A stretch of DNA of 57,053 nucleotides, counting the filler, from Sphacelaria rigidula (lineage: Eukaryota), in assembly GCA_964200075.2 (NCBI GenBank). It is 7 parts of 7 records of this genome, joined end to end, with 100 filler letters (N's around TTAATTAATTAA, not from the genome) between each part and the next. Parts side by side here need not be neighbours in the genome. Positions count along the whole stretch, not along the records: positions 8,166 to 16,230 come from CAXNAA020012430.1; positions 16,331 to 24,395 come from CAXNAA020012431.1; positions 24,496 to 32,560 come from CAXNAA020012432.1; 4 more parts are not named here. One strand, written 5' to 3'. Within the stretch, counting starts at the first letter, position 1; each line of letters begins with the position of its first letter. The translations under genes were made by a program, and so were the position numbers. Below, one piece after another: positions 12,001 to 25,320 of this stretch. The notes under the pieces are model-generated. The model saw only the letters and a list, made by a program, of their open reading frames with translations. It was not told the DNA's origin and searched no databases.

Positions 12001-14831
12001 GAAAGAAGCACGGTCGTGGTATGAAAGAGCACGACTAGTGTCCCCGCTTTGCCAGAAAGCTGCTGCCGCGTTGGGCTGCTACGTAAGTCGACGTGCTGTC
12101 GCCGGAGAGTTCGAAGACGTGCAGGTGATGGCAACGGATGGGAATGAGTGCTTTTGTCGTCTTGCGGAAAGACTCGAAATCATGCCGATGTAAGGCGTTC
12201 ATTGGCAACACACGCTATGAGATCAGTGTCGTTACTTCACTACAGTACTGCGGCAGGTTGGCCTTGTCATAACCTTCAATACGAGATCGAGCTTCAGCGA
12301 TGAATAATATTTGCGGTCGTGCCCCCCCCCCCCCCCCCGTACCGGCCGCCCCTCCCCCCCCCCCGCGCCCCCCTCCCCCCCCCCCCCCACCACACNNNNN
12401 NNNNNCTTCAAACCGCGACCGGGGTTCAGCGAGGAATAATTTTTGCGGCCGGTCCCCCCCCCCCCCCGCGCGCGCTCCTCCCCGCTCCTCCCCGCTCCTC
12501 CCGCCCTCTCCCCCCTCAAACCTCCGATCTCCCGTTCCCGACAGATTCAGATACTCGAAGGATGTGCGTGTCATCCGCACCCGCTGTGCCGAGAGATATG
12601 GTGCGGGGCTCTCAGAGGTACTGACAGTGTTCCACAAAAGCGTGTGTTTTTTCCTTTGCGTCAAAAGCGATCATTCTCGTGGTACTAATACAAGAGAGCA
12701 GTGGGCACTGATTGCAATGGATCTCGCGGTACCATCGTAACGCACAGACGCGAAAATACAAATCGATAGGGTCCTCAGCTCGAACTCCATGCCAGGTTTA
12801 CCTCCACGGCAGCAGACCGGACTCTTTTTCACCCCGAATCAACGATCGCACTCGACCGGTAATGCAGACTCTTGGAATGAACGCGCACACTCTTGGACCG
12901 GAGCGTGCCCGTTTCTTGTATCTTACCTTCCCCCCCCCCCCCCCGTCCCTCCCTCCCCCCGCGCGCTTGACGTTGTAGTGTTTGTTCAAAGATGTGATAC
13001 GGTGGCCCAGGAGAGTATTGTACAAACGTTCGCGGAGGCAACCCTCAACCCACAGGTTTCTTCTCGGTGCAGGCGTCGCCTAGCGTATGCGTTGCACACA
13101 CTCACTCGCACGCGCGCCGGAAGTATAGGCGGACCACCAGCGACAAGCTTTGACGCTGTTGACGTCACTACCGACAGCAGCAGCGGTAGTGCCGGGATTG
13201 CTGCCTCTGCTACCGACGACCTTCGCCCTGCCGTCACCACGGCTCAGCTCCGACGACTCTGCCTGGCGCAGCTTCTGCCGTCATCAGCCCCCCTCCAGTC
13301 CTGCTCTTTGCAAGCCACAGCTGCAGCCATGGGCGGCAATGATGACGGTCCACATCCTGGTCTGGAACCCACTACAGAAAAAGAGGGGGGAGGAGGAACG
13401 GGAGGCACGTGTGCCCTCGATCTTTTGCGCGATGTGCGCTGCCTGTTGCAGGCGGGGGAGGCCGCGGCTGGCGCCGTTGATTCGCCGGCCGCGGGGGTCA
13501 TCACATCGACCGACGGCCGCGGGGAGGATGGCCGCCGCGCTGCAGACACCGCTCTCGCGGACGCCAGCATAGCTTTTGCGCAAAGTGCCCTGACTTCTTG
13601 CCTGCGGGGTGGCAACGAGATGGGACACTGCCGTAACGGGAACAAGTCGACAACTATGAACGCGCGGAATAGCGAGCGTTGCAGCGGTGACACCAAGCGC
13701 GAATCTCGCGCGGATGGTGATCCGCAGGTAACGATGATTGCTGCTACCAGGTTTTTCCAGGCCGCAGCGGTCACTAGTAGCGTGCCGAATCGGCCGGACA
13801 GGAGGAAAGAGGCAGACGCGGCGAAAGAGGCCGGGTGGAGTTTGGGTGAGGCTGTGCGGGCCGGGTGGGTGGTGCAGGGGTCAGCAATGCTGTTCGAGCG
13901 AGCGCTAGCGGCCCATGTCGGGTAAGTTCGGCATGCGATGTATGCGTTTGCATACAGGTTCGTCTGTGTATCACTGCTTGCAGTGCACGAATACTGATAT
14001 CTGATCTTTCTCGATCCCCAATTTTCGGGACCAGGAGTTCTTGCGGTGATCATTCTTGACAATCGAAAAAACAGCGAAAATGGCTTTCACCCAAAAGTGT
14101 CTTGTCTGCATGCTGGCTACCAGAGCAAGAAGGCGGGTGTTCCTCGCTTACCACATTCTCGTCGTGATAAAAGGTTTCTCTGTCGGGGAGATTACCCACA
14201 ATGAGGCGTGTTTAGTGACATATAGCGGGTGATTTTTGTTCGTCACTACGCTGTCTTATTTTCTTGTCCACTACAATGATAGTGTGTTTATGGCTGTGCC
14301 TACGGTTCGGCGATCGAACATGCCGCCCTTTTGTTTTTGAAGGCTCTTGATGAAGACGGACGTTGCCAGCATGCCGAAGCTTTGTGCATCGATCGTGACA
14401 AGAGCGGGGGACGGCCAGGTGTCTGGGGTGGGGTTACTTGCCCTGGCGGAAGCCTTGTCTTGTCTGAGTCGACATCCCGTTGCGGCGAAAGAGGTGAGGT
14501 TGTTTGTCTTCCGGTGGGTGCCTATTTGATGGCCTTCGGGTGATGAATTTCGGATCCTAAGAATACATCTCCCGGGGGTTCGCATACACCACCACCCTCC
14601 GGTAGCCACTCACGAGACGTACTAACTTTTCACCCTTGTACAACTCAGGCTGCCGGAGGCGCGTGGGAAACGGTCCTCGCGGATGGCTTCGCGACACTCT
14701 TTGCCTCGGGACTCTGGCCCGTGACAACCTCTGCCATGCAAGCTCTCGAGGTAAAATGTCTACCTGTTGGTCATACGTTGCCGGAGGTATCATCCCGTCT
14801 CGCGTAAAAATGTAGTGTATTATTAGTCACG

Positions 14832-14862
<31 letters not shown>

Positions 14863-16025
14863 TGTGTGGATGGTGGTTTGTAAAGGACGTCCAATGAGGG
14901 TATGTTACTCCCTCGTCTATCTTGTTATATTCCACAGATGCGTGTGGGGACGCCTGTCTCTTGCAGTTTCACACGCCCCAAATAGCGTTGATGTTGCATT
15001 CCCTACCCTCCGGTGTTCGCAAGGGCTACATACGCCTTGGGCCGTTCACCACTATCTGGCGACTTGCAGTTTTCGAAAACAAATCGACGGCTGGGTGGTT
15101 TCGTCGGCTGCTCGTTGGGCGGAACCGACAAAACTACCACTCCCTTCGTTAGGTGCAACTGCAGTAGAGTTCATGAGAGTCCGCCCCCTGAAATTCATGG
15201 CTCACTAAACTAGCGCGTGCTTTCAACTGGACACCCTCGTGCGGATCTTTGGGAGGCTGACAGTCCTCCGCGCTCACCGTTGTATGCAGCACATAGTTTA
15301 GCTCAAATCGGCGCCGCAGTCGCCGATTCGAGCTCTCTGCCGCTCATAGTCACTAGCGTGCCCCTCTGGACCACCCCATTTACCTGACGATTTCCGCCCT
15401 CCGCCTTACGGTTCTCGGTTAGTATGTGAGTTTTTTTTATGACCCTCTTACCTGAAGCAATGTAGTAAACTCATCGTGTTCATCCTGTTTTTTCTGTTCC
15501 CCTTTCCAAGCCTTTTCTTCTCCTTCCTTCCTTCATTCAATCCTTCCTTCATTCAATCCTTCGTCCCTTCCCCCCCCTTCCTTTATTTGTTATTGTTCTT
15601 GGTTCACTCTGTGGGATCTACTTCTTCATCCTTCCCCTTATGAGAATTTCTTTATCTAGAGCGAGCGTTCCCGCTCATTCCCTTGGGCACGTGTACCTCG
15701 TGGATAATGACCACGGCTAGATTCGCAGCGGATTAGTTAATGTGCGACAACCAATCCACCAATTTATCCCCCCATCTTTCAATTAAACGGGGAAATCCGC
15801 CTCTGCAAGGCAGAGACTTCCTTGCTCAATATCTGCTACTTTTCGCGTCCGTTGGCGATATACCACACGTCCGTCGATGGCTAATGAAAACAGGCTATGG
15901 CGAGGCACGCCGATCCACGAACGGCGCGACTACTGCCGAAACTAGTTCCAGAGAGTCTTCTGGCCGCCTTCAAGGCACGGTTGGCGCGCCGGATTGTCAC
16001 GCTGAAGGGGACTAGGCCTGTCGAG
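9004..16025 (+). CDS. Multi-exon gene (partial), large helical protein resembling FIRRM/FLIP (C1orf112, DUF4487)
   Basis: Phase-consistent exon chain without stops: 9004-9168, 9545-9811 (GC donor), 10539-10772, 11246-12124, 12545-12617, 12979-13921, 14343-14493, 14649-14750, 15894-16025. Motifs HPHPLCREIWCGALRVFVQRC and FATLFASGLWPVTTSAMQALEAMAR recall FIRRM/FLIP from memory. The gene model is stronger than the family call; start and stop not located. Confidence 0.7.
14839..14868. repeat. (GT)n microsatellite in intron
   Basis: Directly visible. Confidence 0.9.
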
Positions 16026-16338
16026 GTACGGTATAGTACACACGACACTTTTGTTTGTTTGAAGTATGTATATGTATTGTGTTCTCCTCGAACCCTTTCG
16101 GGACTGGACCTCCGGAACGACAAATAAGGCTTGTTAGGAATGAAGGACACTTTCTACGATAGCCCCCCCTAAAAAAGTGCCTGGTTCAGGGAGGCAAAAT
16201 CTTCACGTAAATCAAAATGGGAAAAGCCGANNNNNNNNNNNNNNNNNNNNNNNNNNNNNNNNNNNNNNNNNNNNTTAATTAATTAANNNNNNNNNNNNNN
16301 NNNNNNNNNNNNNNNNNNNNNNNNNNNNNNGGAAGGAT

Positions 16339-16405
16339 GTCTGACACACTTATGAGCCTCTTTTTTCGTGCAACCAAATACCCCTCCCCTATCGTAGGAT
16401 GACTC
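16339..16405 (+). mobile_element. Right end of the same MITE family as 56758-57002
   Basis: TCTGACACACTTAT.AGCC...TTTTTTCGTGCAA.CAAATACCCC.CCCCTATCGTAGGATGACTC matches 56942-57002; truncated on the left by a gap. Confidence 0.75.
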
Positions 16406-16679
16406 AGAACCAGCTTCAAAGGTGCGTTTCTATCGATTTCTGGCGCTCGTGTAGGTACATGGCGAGAAAATGAAGACGATCACAAGAGAATGATGCCGAA
16501 AATAGTCGAATGTCTCGACGTTGTGGGCGTAAAAAGGAACCGTCCGTGTTGCTGCTGTGCCTTTGCACTTGCCCGAGTGCTCTTCACATTGATTAACCAG
16601 CTGGATACCACGCACTCGCAAACAGGGGACAGAAGTTATGGAAAACTGGTCCCCACTGCTCCCGCACTTCTCCTTCACT

Positions 16680-19600
16680 TCTTACCATATCCACACACTC
16701 CTCGTAGAGGTCCTCGAGAGCGTAGCATTGTGCTGCAGAACTCATGACTGTTTCGTCGAGCCATGAGAACAAATCAGCATAGTCCTCGGTGGCAGATTCA
16801 TCCCATGCTGTTGATGAAAAGTCTGCATAGGGGTTCTGTTCGATGAAGAGCACATCCCCCCCATCAAAAGAACGAGCCGTACTGGAAGAACCTTCCCACC
16901 TGTACGTCCAAACAATTCGAGGCATTCAATCTTCGATATACTTCTTCCAGAGTGGCAGGGAAACGTGGCACTTTCAATCCCTCTTGGGTTTGTTGAATGT
17001 GTAGACCTATTTTCATCATTCGATCTCTGTCAGTCGTTGGGCACGTCAACATATAGCATACGAGGGAGACCCACCAATCGTCCGATTCCCCAAAGTAAGT
17101 TGTACTCTGGTCCATCACAAAACGCCTGAAGTTGTCGGCCTTGTCGCTGTCTTCGGCTAACAAATCCAGCAGTTGCTTTGCTGCAACAACACTCATGTTG
17201 TTGCCCATGTTAGGGTAGCCGGCGATCGCCACCTGTCGTGGGGTATTTGTGCAGTGGTGGTGGACCTTCTTTCGTTGACATTTCAGTCGCGTCGGCGTCG
17301 CGAAGGTGGTGTTCGCGTAAAAAGGATCGCTAGAGGACAAATTGTGTCTTCTTGTTAATGACATCATCACAACAATGAGATCGAAAGGGAGGTATGACCT
17401 GAGAGTACCTGTGCCCACAGCTCAGGACCCAACATGTGCTGACTCTCGTCCATGAATTCCCATATCCCCGCTTGATTGATCATGCTGAGGCTCTTGAGGC
17501 TGAAAAGTGTTTCCGACACTGCTCCAGTTGCCCACTGCAGTAAAGGAATGGTCGAGGGGAGCTATTGTAAGTTGCGGTACCACCAGATGTAGCGGAGTGT
17601 GTTGTTTTATTGTCACAATCTATCCACGTGCTGGGAGCTCGCATCCTGTGACGGAATCCCTCCACACCACGCGTACTCTTCGTAGGGAAGGTTGCTTTCA
17701 ACACAGTGCACAACTCTCAGTTGCATGAGCTGCTGACGTAGCGAGGTGTGCCCTTTGAACAGCAAAGATGTCTCTGGGAGGTGTCCTCGACGTACTGTGT
17801 GTGAGGACCACGTTGTCTACAAAGACGCATGCTGAAGATGTAGCGAGGTACGTGACGGGAGGGGGGCGTGCACTCCTCTGATTCGAACTACTCTAATGTA
17901 TCTCCCCCGACCTAGCCATCACAGTTCAGCAAGGGTGCACGCGTCACCTGCACGTATCCCATATCCTCTATATTATCCCCGTCCAAGGTATATCCGGTTA
18001 GCTCTTTGACAGAAGCGTTGAGGTGATTGACAACCACGTGGTCTAGCCACGAGCTGTCGCCGATCCATTCACCGAACAAATTGGTCGCGATGGCGCACAC
18101 CTATACACAACAGGGCGACAAGATCTCAAGGTGTGATCGCGAAAATTGTTCATTTGTTGCTGGAGTGAATGCACACATTCGAACATCAAATGCGGCGGGC
18201 TATCGTTCAGAAGATCCTCGAAGCGAAATCGATCCATTGCGACCAGCAGCACACAAGACTCGGTTGATTCGAATAAACATTCTACACCAGTATCCACGTA
18301 AGTGCGTCACCTGCATCTGGTACGTTGCGGAAGTCTGAGACCCACCATCCGCATCGGACAGGTACTCAGGTAATGTTTGTTCCACGGCTTCTACAAATCG
18401 GGCTCCCTCATCACATTCGATGGGAGACGATCGATCACCCGAGCAGTACGTGTAAGCTTGACTCCACAAAGTTTGCCCATCCACGGTGTAATGGCTGATG
18501 TCGTTCCGGGTGTCGTACTCCGCCGGATCAATCTGACGTGTTGTGCAAATGATGAGACGGCACGTTAGTGTTGGATCCCCGTTCATTCCACATTGATGCA
18601 AAAGGCTTGTGCTGCCGTTCCAGTGCTGCAGTCAGAAATGGCTCAGATGAGACGAAAGTGTACCCCGTCAAGTACCAGATAATCCCTGCGTTAGGTCGTA
18701 GCAACATGATGACAACATAAGGAGAAGTGTACATACAGATCGGACAAACTGATCACCAACGGTGTTGAATCCGACTCTCCCCTCACCATGAGTGTAGTGG
18801 CCGCTGCGCTGATATTGAGCTCCTCCACATCGTTTCCGTTGGCAAAGCCCCACGGACATATACCTCCTGCCGTATCGCACACAATATCACTTCCATCCCC
18901 ATATGTGCCGCGCCATTCGTCTACTACCATCGTGTCCAGCTCATTTTGCTAAGTTCATGCAACAATCAAGGCACAAACAACATTTCGGGTCTTACCAAGC
19001 ACGATGTCTGCGACTGTGTCTGCTTCCATTAGAGAGACACCCGTGCGGTATCCGATCTTGGTGATGCGTTCTACAATGGTTGCTGCAATGGTTGCTACAA
19101 TGTCTGCTACAATGTATGCTACAATGTTTGCGGGGCTTCAGCGGAATACTACCGCGGCCAAGCATTTTACAACAAGTCGTTGGATATCTCATCTGTGCAG
19201 TCTACCATACCCTGGGGTTCGCACATAGGAAGAAACTCCACATGATAATGTTGAGGCGCACGCGCGTTCACTTTTCCCGCTGGCTATTTTTGCGTACGTT
19301 AGTTAATATTACATACCTCTGCATACCATACACCATATACCCATTCTAATATTCCTGAGACCTTTGCCTGGCAATCTACCGTCGAAGGTGCAGTACCACC
19401 GGCGGCTTCTTCCCACGTGCATACCTGTATGCAAGCAATTGGACGGGGGGTGGGTTCTGTATGTGAAAACCGCCTCTAGAGAAGCTTATAGAGAACCACA
19501 TCTGAACATTAGAGCATGCCGTAGAAAGTGCTGGGCGTACGGCCAACGCTTACTCGGATATCCTTAGTAAGAATTAAGATGCGGGGCATTTGTTCCTCTT

Positions 19601-21400
19601 GGCTGGAGTCGGCGCATGGTTGTTGTGAAATGAATTGGGGAGCTTAGATTCAGAAACTTTGTTCTACCGCAGCATCAACAACAAGTAGCGCTTCCTTGGT
19701 CGAGTCATGCTCACCGTCGCTACCAAGGCCGTGTATGCTTCCTCCCCGGTGGGGTCAGTTTCGTTCGGGTGAGGCATGGACGACACTGGTAGGTAGCCGC
19801 CGTAGCGTCCGGCTGCAATCCAAGATAGCATTCCACTGGTCTCGTTGAATATAGATCCAGTGGTAGGAGAGCGCAAACCCAACAAGTATTCCGCCTTGAG
19901 AGAAAAACAAAGACCAAGGGCGTGAGAACGTATTTTTGTACTTGGAAGTATAACAGGCACCGGTTTCGCTGAAGCTCTTGGGTGTTGGAACTCCAAAATG
20001 AGCACCAAACAATGTATGTGCAACTCTACTGGGCGCCGGTTCCGAGTTGACGGACAGGTATCGTAGCCACGTTACAACTTCGAACTGATATAGATTCTTC
20101 TGATATCAGGGGCTATACGAGGCCACCTTGATATGTCAAGCACGGGATAATGGTGCATCTATGGCTCAGTACTTCACCGTCCACACGAATTGTCGTAGGT
20201 CATTCTGCATAGCCGTATCCACTTCTTCGTTGGTTTGCCCATCACAACTAGGATACACCCCACGTCGCGCCGAACTAACACGTGAGCTACTGCTTACTAC
20301 TGGATGCTGAACAAATAAAAGCTCCAGCCGTGAAAAAATGACGGGGAGGGTCCAGGCTGTGTTTCTCAAACACCCCCTGGGGTCCGATGGGGCGGATAAT
20401 TCCTTCGGTACTACTTGGGCGATACTTCTCACCTCCGCCTCGGTAATATTTCCGGTGGCCCCGAGCGTGCTAGCCGCACTCTCCACGAACGATAGTATAC
20501 CCCATGGGCATACGCTCTCGTAGTCGCTCAGCTGAAAGCCTCCACAGCTGACGATGGCATCTTCGTAGTTACCCCGGAGGGTGGACACCGCCGTAGCCGT
20601 CCCATTCGCAGTCGATATAGCATCAAACAGCGAGCGTAGCACGCCCGCGGTGGTTAGGTATGCTTTCCGGAATCTGAAGACGTCTTGGACCACTGTGGGT
20701 AGCAGATAGGCCTTTGTAGCCCGTACAAATCCAATGGTCATGCCTTCCTACAGAAAGAAAAACACGAAAGATATCCGATTGACCGGCGAAGTGGTTCCTA
20801 CGGGCAGGTTTGGGGTTACAGTATCCGCTCGTCCAACCACTCGAGATGCACGTTGTCTCTAGATCACACTAATATTGCAGCGCCGACACCCGCCCTGTTG
20901 GCTGGTACCACTATGGAAAACAATTGCCACACGTATATCCATATGATATATTCGCGCATGTGCATGTCACCTGATCGTACCTTAATTTCGCTGAACACCT
21001 CCCGTGAAAGAATGGAGATGAGCCCAGTCGGTTTGTACTTGTTCATCAGCTTCAGAAACGGCGGGTTTACGACAGTGACCTGATTGAGAGGAAAACGGTA
21101 ACAGGGAATAATTTGCGGAGAGTTACGAAGATGAGCATGGTCGACATCGTTGTATGTTTAGCACACATCGTGGACGTGATGCTGCTATGGCTTGTCGTGC
21201 GCAAGAGAATTGGCATACATTAGTCAGCGGTGCGGTATCGGGGCGCGCCTCTACTATCTACGTTACACCATGCTCACATTTACTGTGTCTTCTATGCAGT
21301 TGCATGTATCGTCGACACACTCAGGTACGCCAAGTCGAAGGCTAGCCTTGTCCATCCTAAAAAACATTTCTTTGCAGTCCTCCCTATTGTCAACCTGCAC
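16680..21400 (-). pseudogene. Multi-exon gene of unknown function, Cys/aromatic-rich and extracellular-looking, probably decayed
   Basis: Protein-like minus-strand segments with AG/GT boundaries (20166-20741, about 19700-19900, 18691-18930, 18310-18530, 17948-18100, 17075-17230, 16680-16925). Apparent in-frame TGA at about 16926-16928 (KKYIED*MPRIVW). Exon structure not fully resolved. Confidence 0.45.
19071..19131. repeat. Degenerate 12-bp tandem repeat (CTACAATGNNTG)x5
   Basis: Directly visible. Confidence 0.8.
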
Positions 21401-21639
21401 AAAGCACCGGCCGTGGTAGCGAATACGACATTTAAGGGACTGATATGAGCGAGTCATCCCCTGAAAGTATTGCTCACCCAAGGCGGCGTCAATTGTACTG
21501 AGGGAAGGATCACCAACCCGAACCCTTCATATGACCGCGAAAGAATGGAGAGGGGCAGGAGGAGGGGGTACAATAGGTCATCTACCAGCTACTCAATGTT
21601 AGTGTGGCTGGTACTAACTACTTGAACATTAAATTCCAA

Positions 21640-22045
21640 GAGTACCGTATATTGAGTGCGAGGACGAACCCTTGACTTCAGTGTCGGGACACTGGAGCAA
21701 GACCTGCAACGCGTAGCTAGAGTACAAGTCCACCTTGAGATTTAAAGAATCTTCACGTTCCAATGGACGTAGTGCTGTCGGAAAATAAACCAAGTAGAGG
21801 AAAGTGTGCATCTTTTTTTAACTTACTTCATGAACCACTCAGTTTGAGGGTGCCTTGTATCTACTTGATTTTGATGTGGGTTGTAAGAACTTCTTGGTTC
21901 TAGTATCACATGTAGTATGTCAGGGTTACCCCTCGACTTAAATACCGGGCGACTGGAGCAAGACCGAATAAGAACACGTGGCCAGTCTGCGTGTCGATCT
22001 TTAGAGATATTTTACGTTCCAATGACTACACTACTGTCGGAAACC
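21640..22045. repeat. Diverged tandem duplication, about 145 bp units at 21640-21785 and 21900-22045
   Basis: Shared ACTGGAGCAAGACC, ACGTTCCAATG and CTGTCGGAAA blocks in the same order. Confidence 0.7.
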
Positions 22046-23570
22046 ATGCTGACATGAGAGACAAGCATTGGTTTTGAAGGTGAGCGATGCGCAAGTGTGT
22101 ATGTGTCCTCTATGACCGACAGGACTTGCTGAGTCAACAAACGAATGTGCAAGAAATGCGGAATAAGACCAATAAAGATAGGTTATTATTATTGGTTTGA
22201 TCTTCAGCGACATCAATGCACACTACACAATGCTATACGATCTGGGTCGGCTAAGGCACCATCGCCACAGATCATAGGCGATGCACGGCTCAATTTTCGA
22301 GTTTCGGGGTGAAATTTCGACACGAGAGGATCGCGGGGAAAGGAAAGGTCTACATGTTGTTTCTCTCGTATCAAAATTCCACCCCCAAAGGCGGAACATT
22401 GAACCGCCCATCGTCATTTTCGCGTGCGCATACCAGCCGGAGGTCTAACGGTCAGAGTGCCACTATTAGGGTGGAGAGAACATGAGTTCCATTCCCGCTA
22501 GGTGTATTGTTTTTTTCTTCGAAAAAATACGTCAATTCATGAATGAACACCCTTGAGTGCATTAAGAGCCGTCGGAGCAGACGTATGACGATCTCCCGAT
22601 CACAGGAATATTTTTACTTGGCGATATGTCGCCGCGGTTCTTGAGAGGTGAAAGGAATGTCAATTTTAAGGCCGGACGACTGTTCATCAGAACGATCGAG
22701 ATTGATTCGATCGAGCGAACGCATCAAAGAGCCAGAACCTGGGGCCGTGTACTCGTAGGACCCTCGACGACCGGTGAGCCCGTCAGTCGTTCCAAATTTG
22801 TCGCAGAGATAATTTTCCTTCCGGAATCATTTTTGGGAGTGATACATCTCCATCCCCGTTTTTGTATTGAATGCTCACCGTGATAAGTTATCGTAACCGA
22901 AAAACCTGATAAATTGCTCACAACCGGAATGGTTACTACGATAGATATTGATGCGCATGCTGTAGTTAGTGTTTACTGAAAACTCACAAGCCATGATCAT
23001 TCTTCAGTGATTGTTGCATGCTGATAGTCAGTATTCAGGTGTACTGTGGCGGTGAGAGCTGCTGCCCAAAGCAGCAGCAGCGTGCCCCGAGCGAAAGATC
23101 GGGAGCATTGTGTTTTTCATCGCGCATAGACTGCATGACTTAGTAAAACAGCACTGAACAGGATGCACGCTTTCACATTTTCGTTCCCGCATCTTCACCA
23201 GCAGCACAGTCCAAGCTTGCGCAAAACCCCCTGCCCATGGACCGTCAATAATGAGGTGAGCTATTTGGAAAGATGAAGCCAAAGTGCGTTTCTTCTGCCT
23301 CCCGGTGGAACCTCTGGCGAGTACCCCTGCCGAGCTGAGGAGGGGGCGTATTTTTACGCTAGCTTGCACCCTCGCCTGGTGATGCATCACCACGGCACCA
23401 ATATATTGCTGGCGATACAATGATATATGCAATGATGTGTGGACTGTGCCAATACGCAACAGATATGAGATCCACAAGAATCAGAGGTGAACCATTCAGC
23501 TGCTATCTATCTAAAACCACGTATACAGAGTCTCAAAATAACCCACAAGGTACAAGTAGGTTTTGCCGCC

Positions 23571-23658
23571 GCGCCTCGGTGGTGTAATGGTACCACATAC
23601 GACCACTAGCTCTAGGTAGGCGACATGCGGGCTCGATTCCTAGCAGACGCATTTTTTT
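23571..23658 (+). ncRNA. tRNA-derived pseudogene or SINE-like Pol III element
   Basis: A box TGGTGTAATGG, B box GGCTCGATTCC, tRNA-Gly-like 3' end CAGACGCA, then a T-run terminator. Acceptor, T and anticodon stems pair poorly, so it is not a functional tRNA. Confidence 0.65.
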
Positions 23659-25094
23659 CTTTTTCTGATATGCGTTTGATTTTTCGTCGTTGTAACAGTG
23701 AGAATGCGAGTGGCAAAAGTAGATGGTTTGACTAGGGTCCACACGGTGTGGGAGTGTTGGTCATGACCCGATCCGCGATGCCAAATGGGAAGTTTTATAT
23801 CGGGGAAGAGGTGGCTCGATCCCTTGAAATTACACGGACTGGTCCTGAGGAAGGCGACGGGTAAAGAGTATGACGGGAAAAATAGTATACTGTGGTGAAA
23901 CCGACCAAAGAACAGCTGCCATAGTAATGTGCAAAAACGAAGAGCAATATTTAGCGGTGCAGTAGCAACTCAGCTGTGGACCACCAAACGACGTCCACAT
24001 ACTCGTAGTGAAGGGCTCGACACCAGCACCGCATTATAGTACGCACCCCGGTGGTCTAATCCGTGCAGCTGAAACTAATGAAGCCGGAAGAAGAGATATT
24101 CGATTTCCGGCAGATGCAATTGGGTTTTCCCTCAGAAGCACCCAAGGTCCGCCGGTCAAATCGTGAGAGCGTGAGCATCAAAGGAAGGTCATTCCACGGC
24201 AATCGACGCAGTATCGGGACGCTGACCGAATTTGCGTTGCCAAAATGCAACGCATGTGCCGGGAGAAAGACGTGTTGATTTCTTGACACCACGGACGCGT
24301 TCGTGAGGGGGGGGGCGGGGGCGGGGGGAGGGGGGGGGGTGCGGACTCTTTTGTTGCTTGGCTTGGGGTGTGGTATGTGTGCGCCGCGTCGAGTTNNNNN
24401 NNNNNNNNNNNNNNNNNNNNNNNNNNNNNNNNNNNNNNNTTAATTAATTAANNNNNNNNNNNNNNNNNNNNNNNNNNNNNNNNNNNNNNNNNNNNCCCGG
24501 TTTTGTGGGGATGCGAGGTCAATGGTCTTATAACTATGGCATGCATGATCATGAGTTCCCCCCCCCCCCCCCCCACCCCATCGTCGCACTACTCCTTTCA
24601 TATTCCCCGTGTGACCTAGGGGTTGACACTACCCTTCAGCAGGTAAAGAAATTCTGTTTTACAGTGGGGAGTGGTAATCAACGTTCAGCACTGACGATGA
24701 GTGATTTACCGTATGGTGCCGAACATAGGCAAAAGATCATGACCTGAGCAGTGGGTGTCACATCTCTCACTTCAGCATCGCTCCCCACGTCCTTCCCATC
24801 TTTTTTGACGGCGTAGACAAGGGTTACACACTGCCCAAAAACCACGTGAGAAGCAAAATGAATTAGTCTAGCCGCAGGAATGGTGTAATCCACCCAAACC
24901 CATGGTTAGGTGGGCCGGTTGTTCCCGACACTTTTTCCTACAGGATGTGGCGCGGTGTCAGGGAACCCTCAAAACTTCGTCGCCTAAACCGGTGTTTTTT
25001 TAATTGCTACATCAGCTCGACGTTTCTGACTTTCGGTCAACTCGTGCCGAATGATCGAAAAGCAGTTGTTCTCTTCTTTTTTCTTTTCCTTCTT

Positions 25095-25320
25095 CTTCGT
25101 TTCAGACTGGCCATTCCTTTTCCTGTGCTTTTCTTTTCTAGACTTTTCATTTATTTTACCTTTTTCACGCCTTAGTCTACTATGTCAATCTGTTTGATTT
25201 TTTCTGTTTTTTCTTTTTTCCTTCAGCGAGTGTTTCAGTTTTGTTTTATCCTGGGTACGTCTACCACGCGACCACGGCTGGATCCCTGGGGGGTCAGTTA
25301 AATTGCGGCAATCAATCAAC
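25095..25320 (+). mobile_element. 3' end of a non-LTR element with (CAAT)n tail
   Basis: Reverse-complement similarity to about 44741-44968 (CGAGTGTTTCAGT, GACCACGGC.GGATCCCTGGGGG, CAATCAATCA). Confidence 0.7.

Noticed and set aside
12280..12520. Apparent tandem repeat and Pro/Gly-rich ORFs around a short gap
   Set aside because: Two versions of the same sequence flank Ns next to poly-C runs, typical of low-quality read ends; it lies in an intron.
13244..14062. Long minus-strand ORFs overlapping the FIRRM-like exons (also 11496-12134)
   Set aside because: GC-rich antisense shadows; splice signals and phase support the plus strand.
15021..15152. Extra exon for the FIRRM-like gene
   Set aside because: Exon 14649-14750 splices in phase directly to 15894 and gives a coherent motif, so this segment is not needed.
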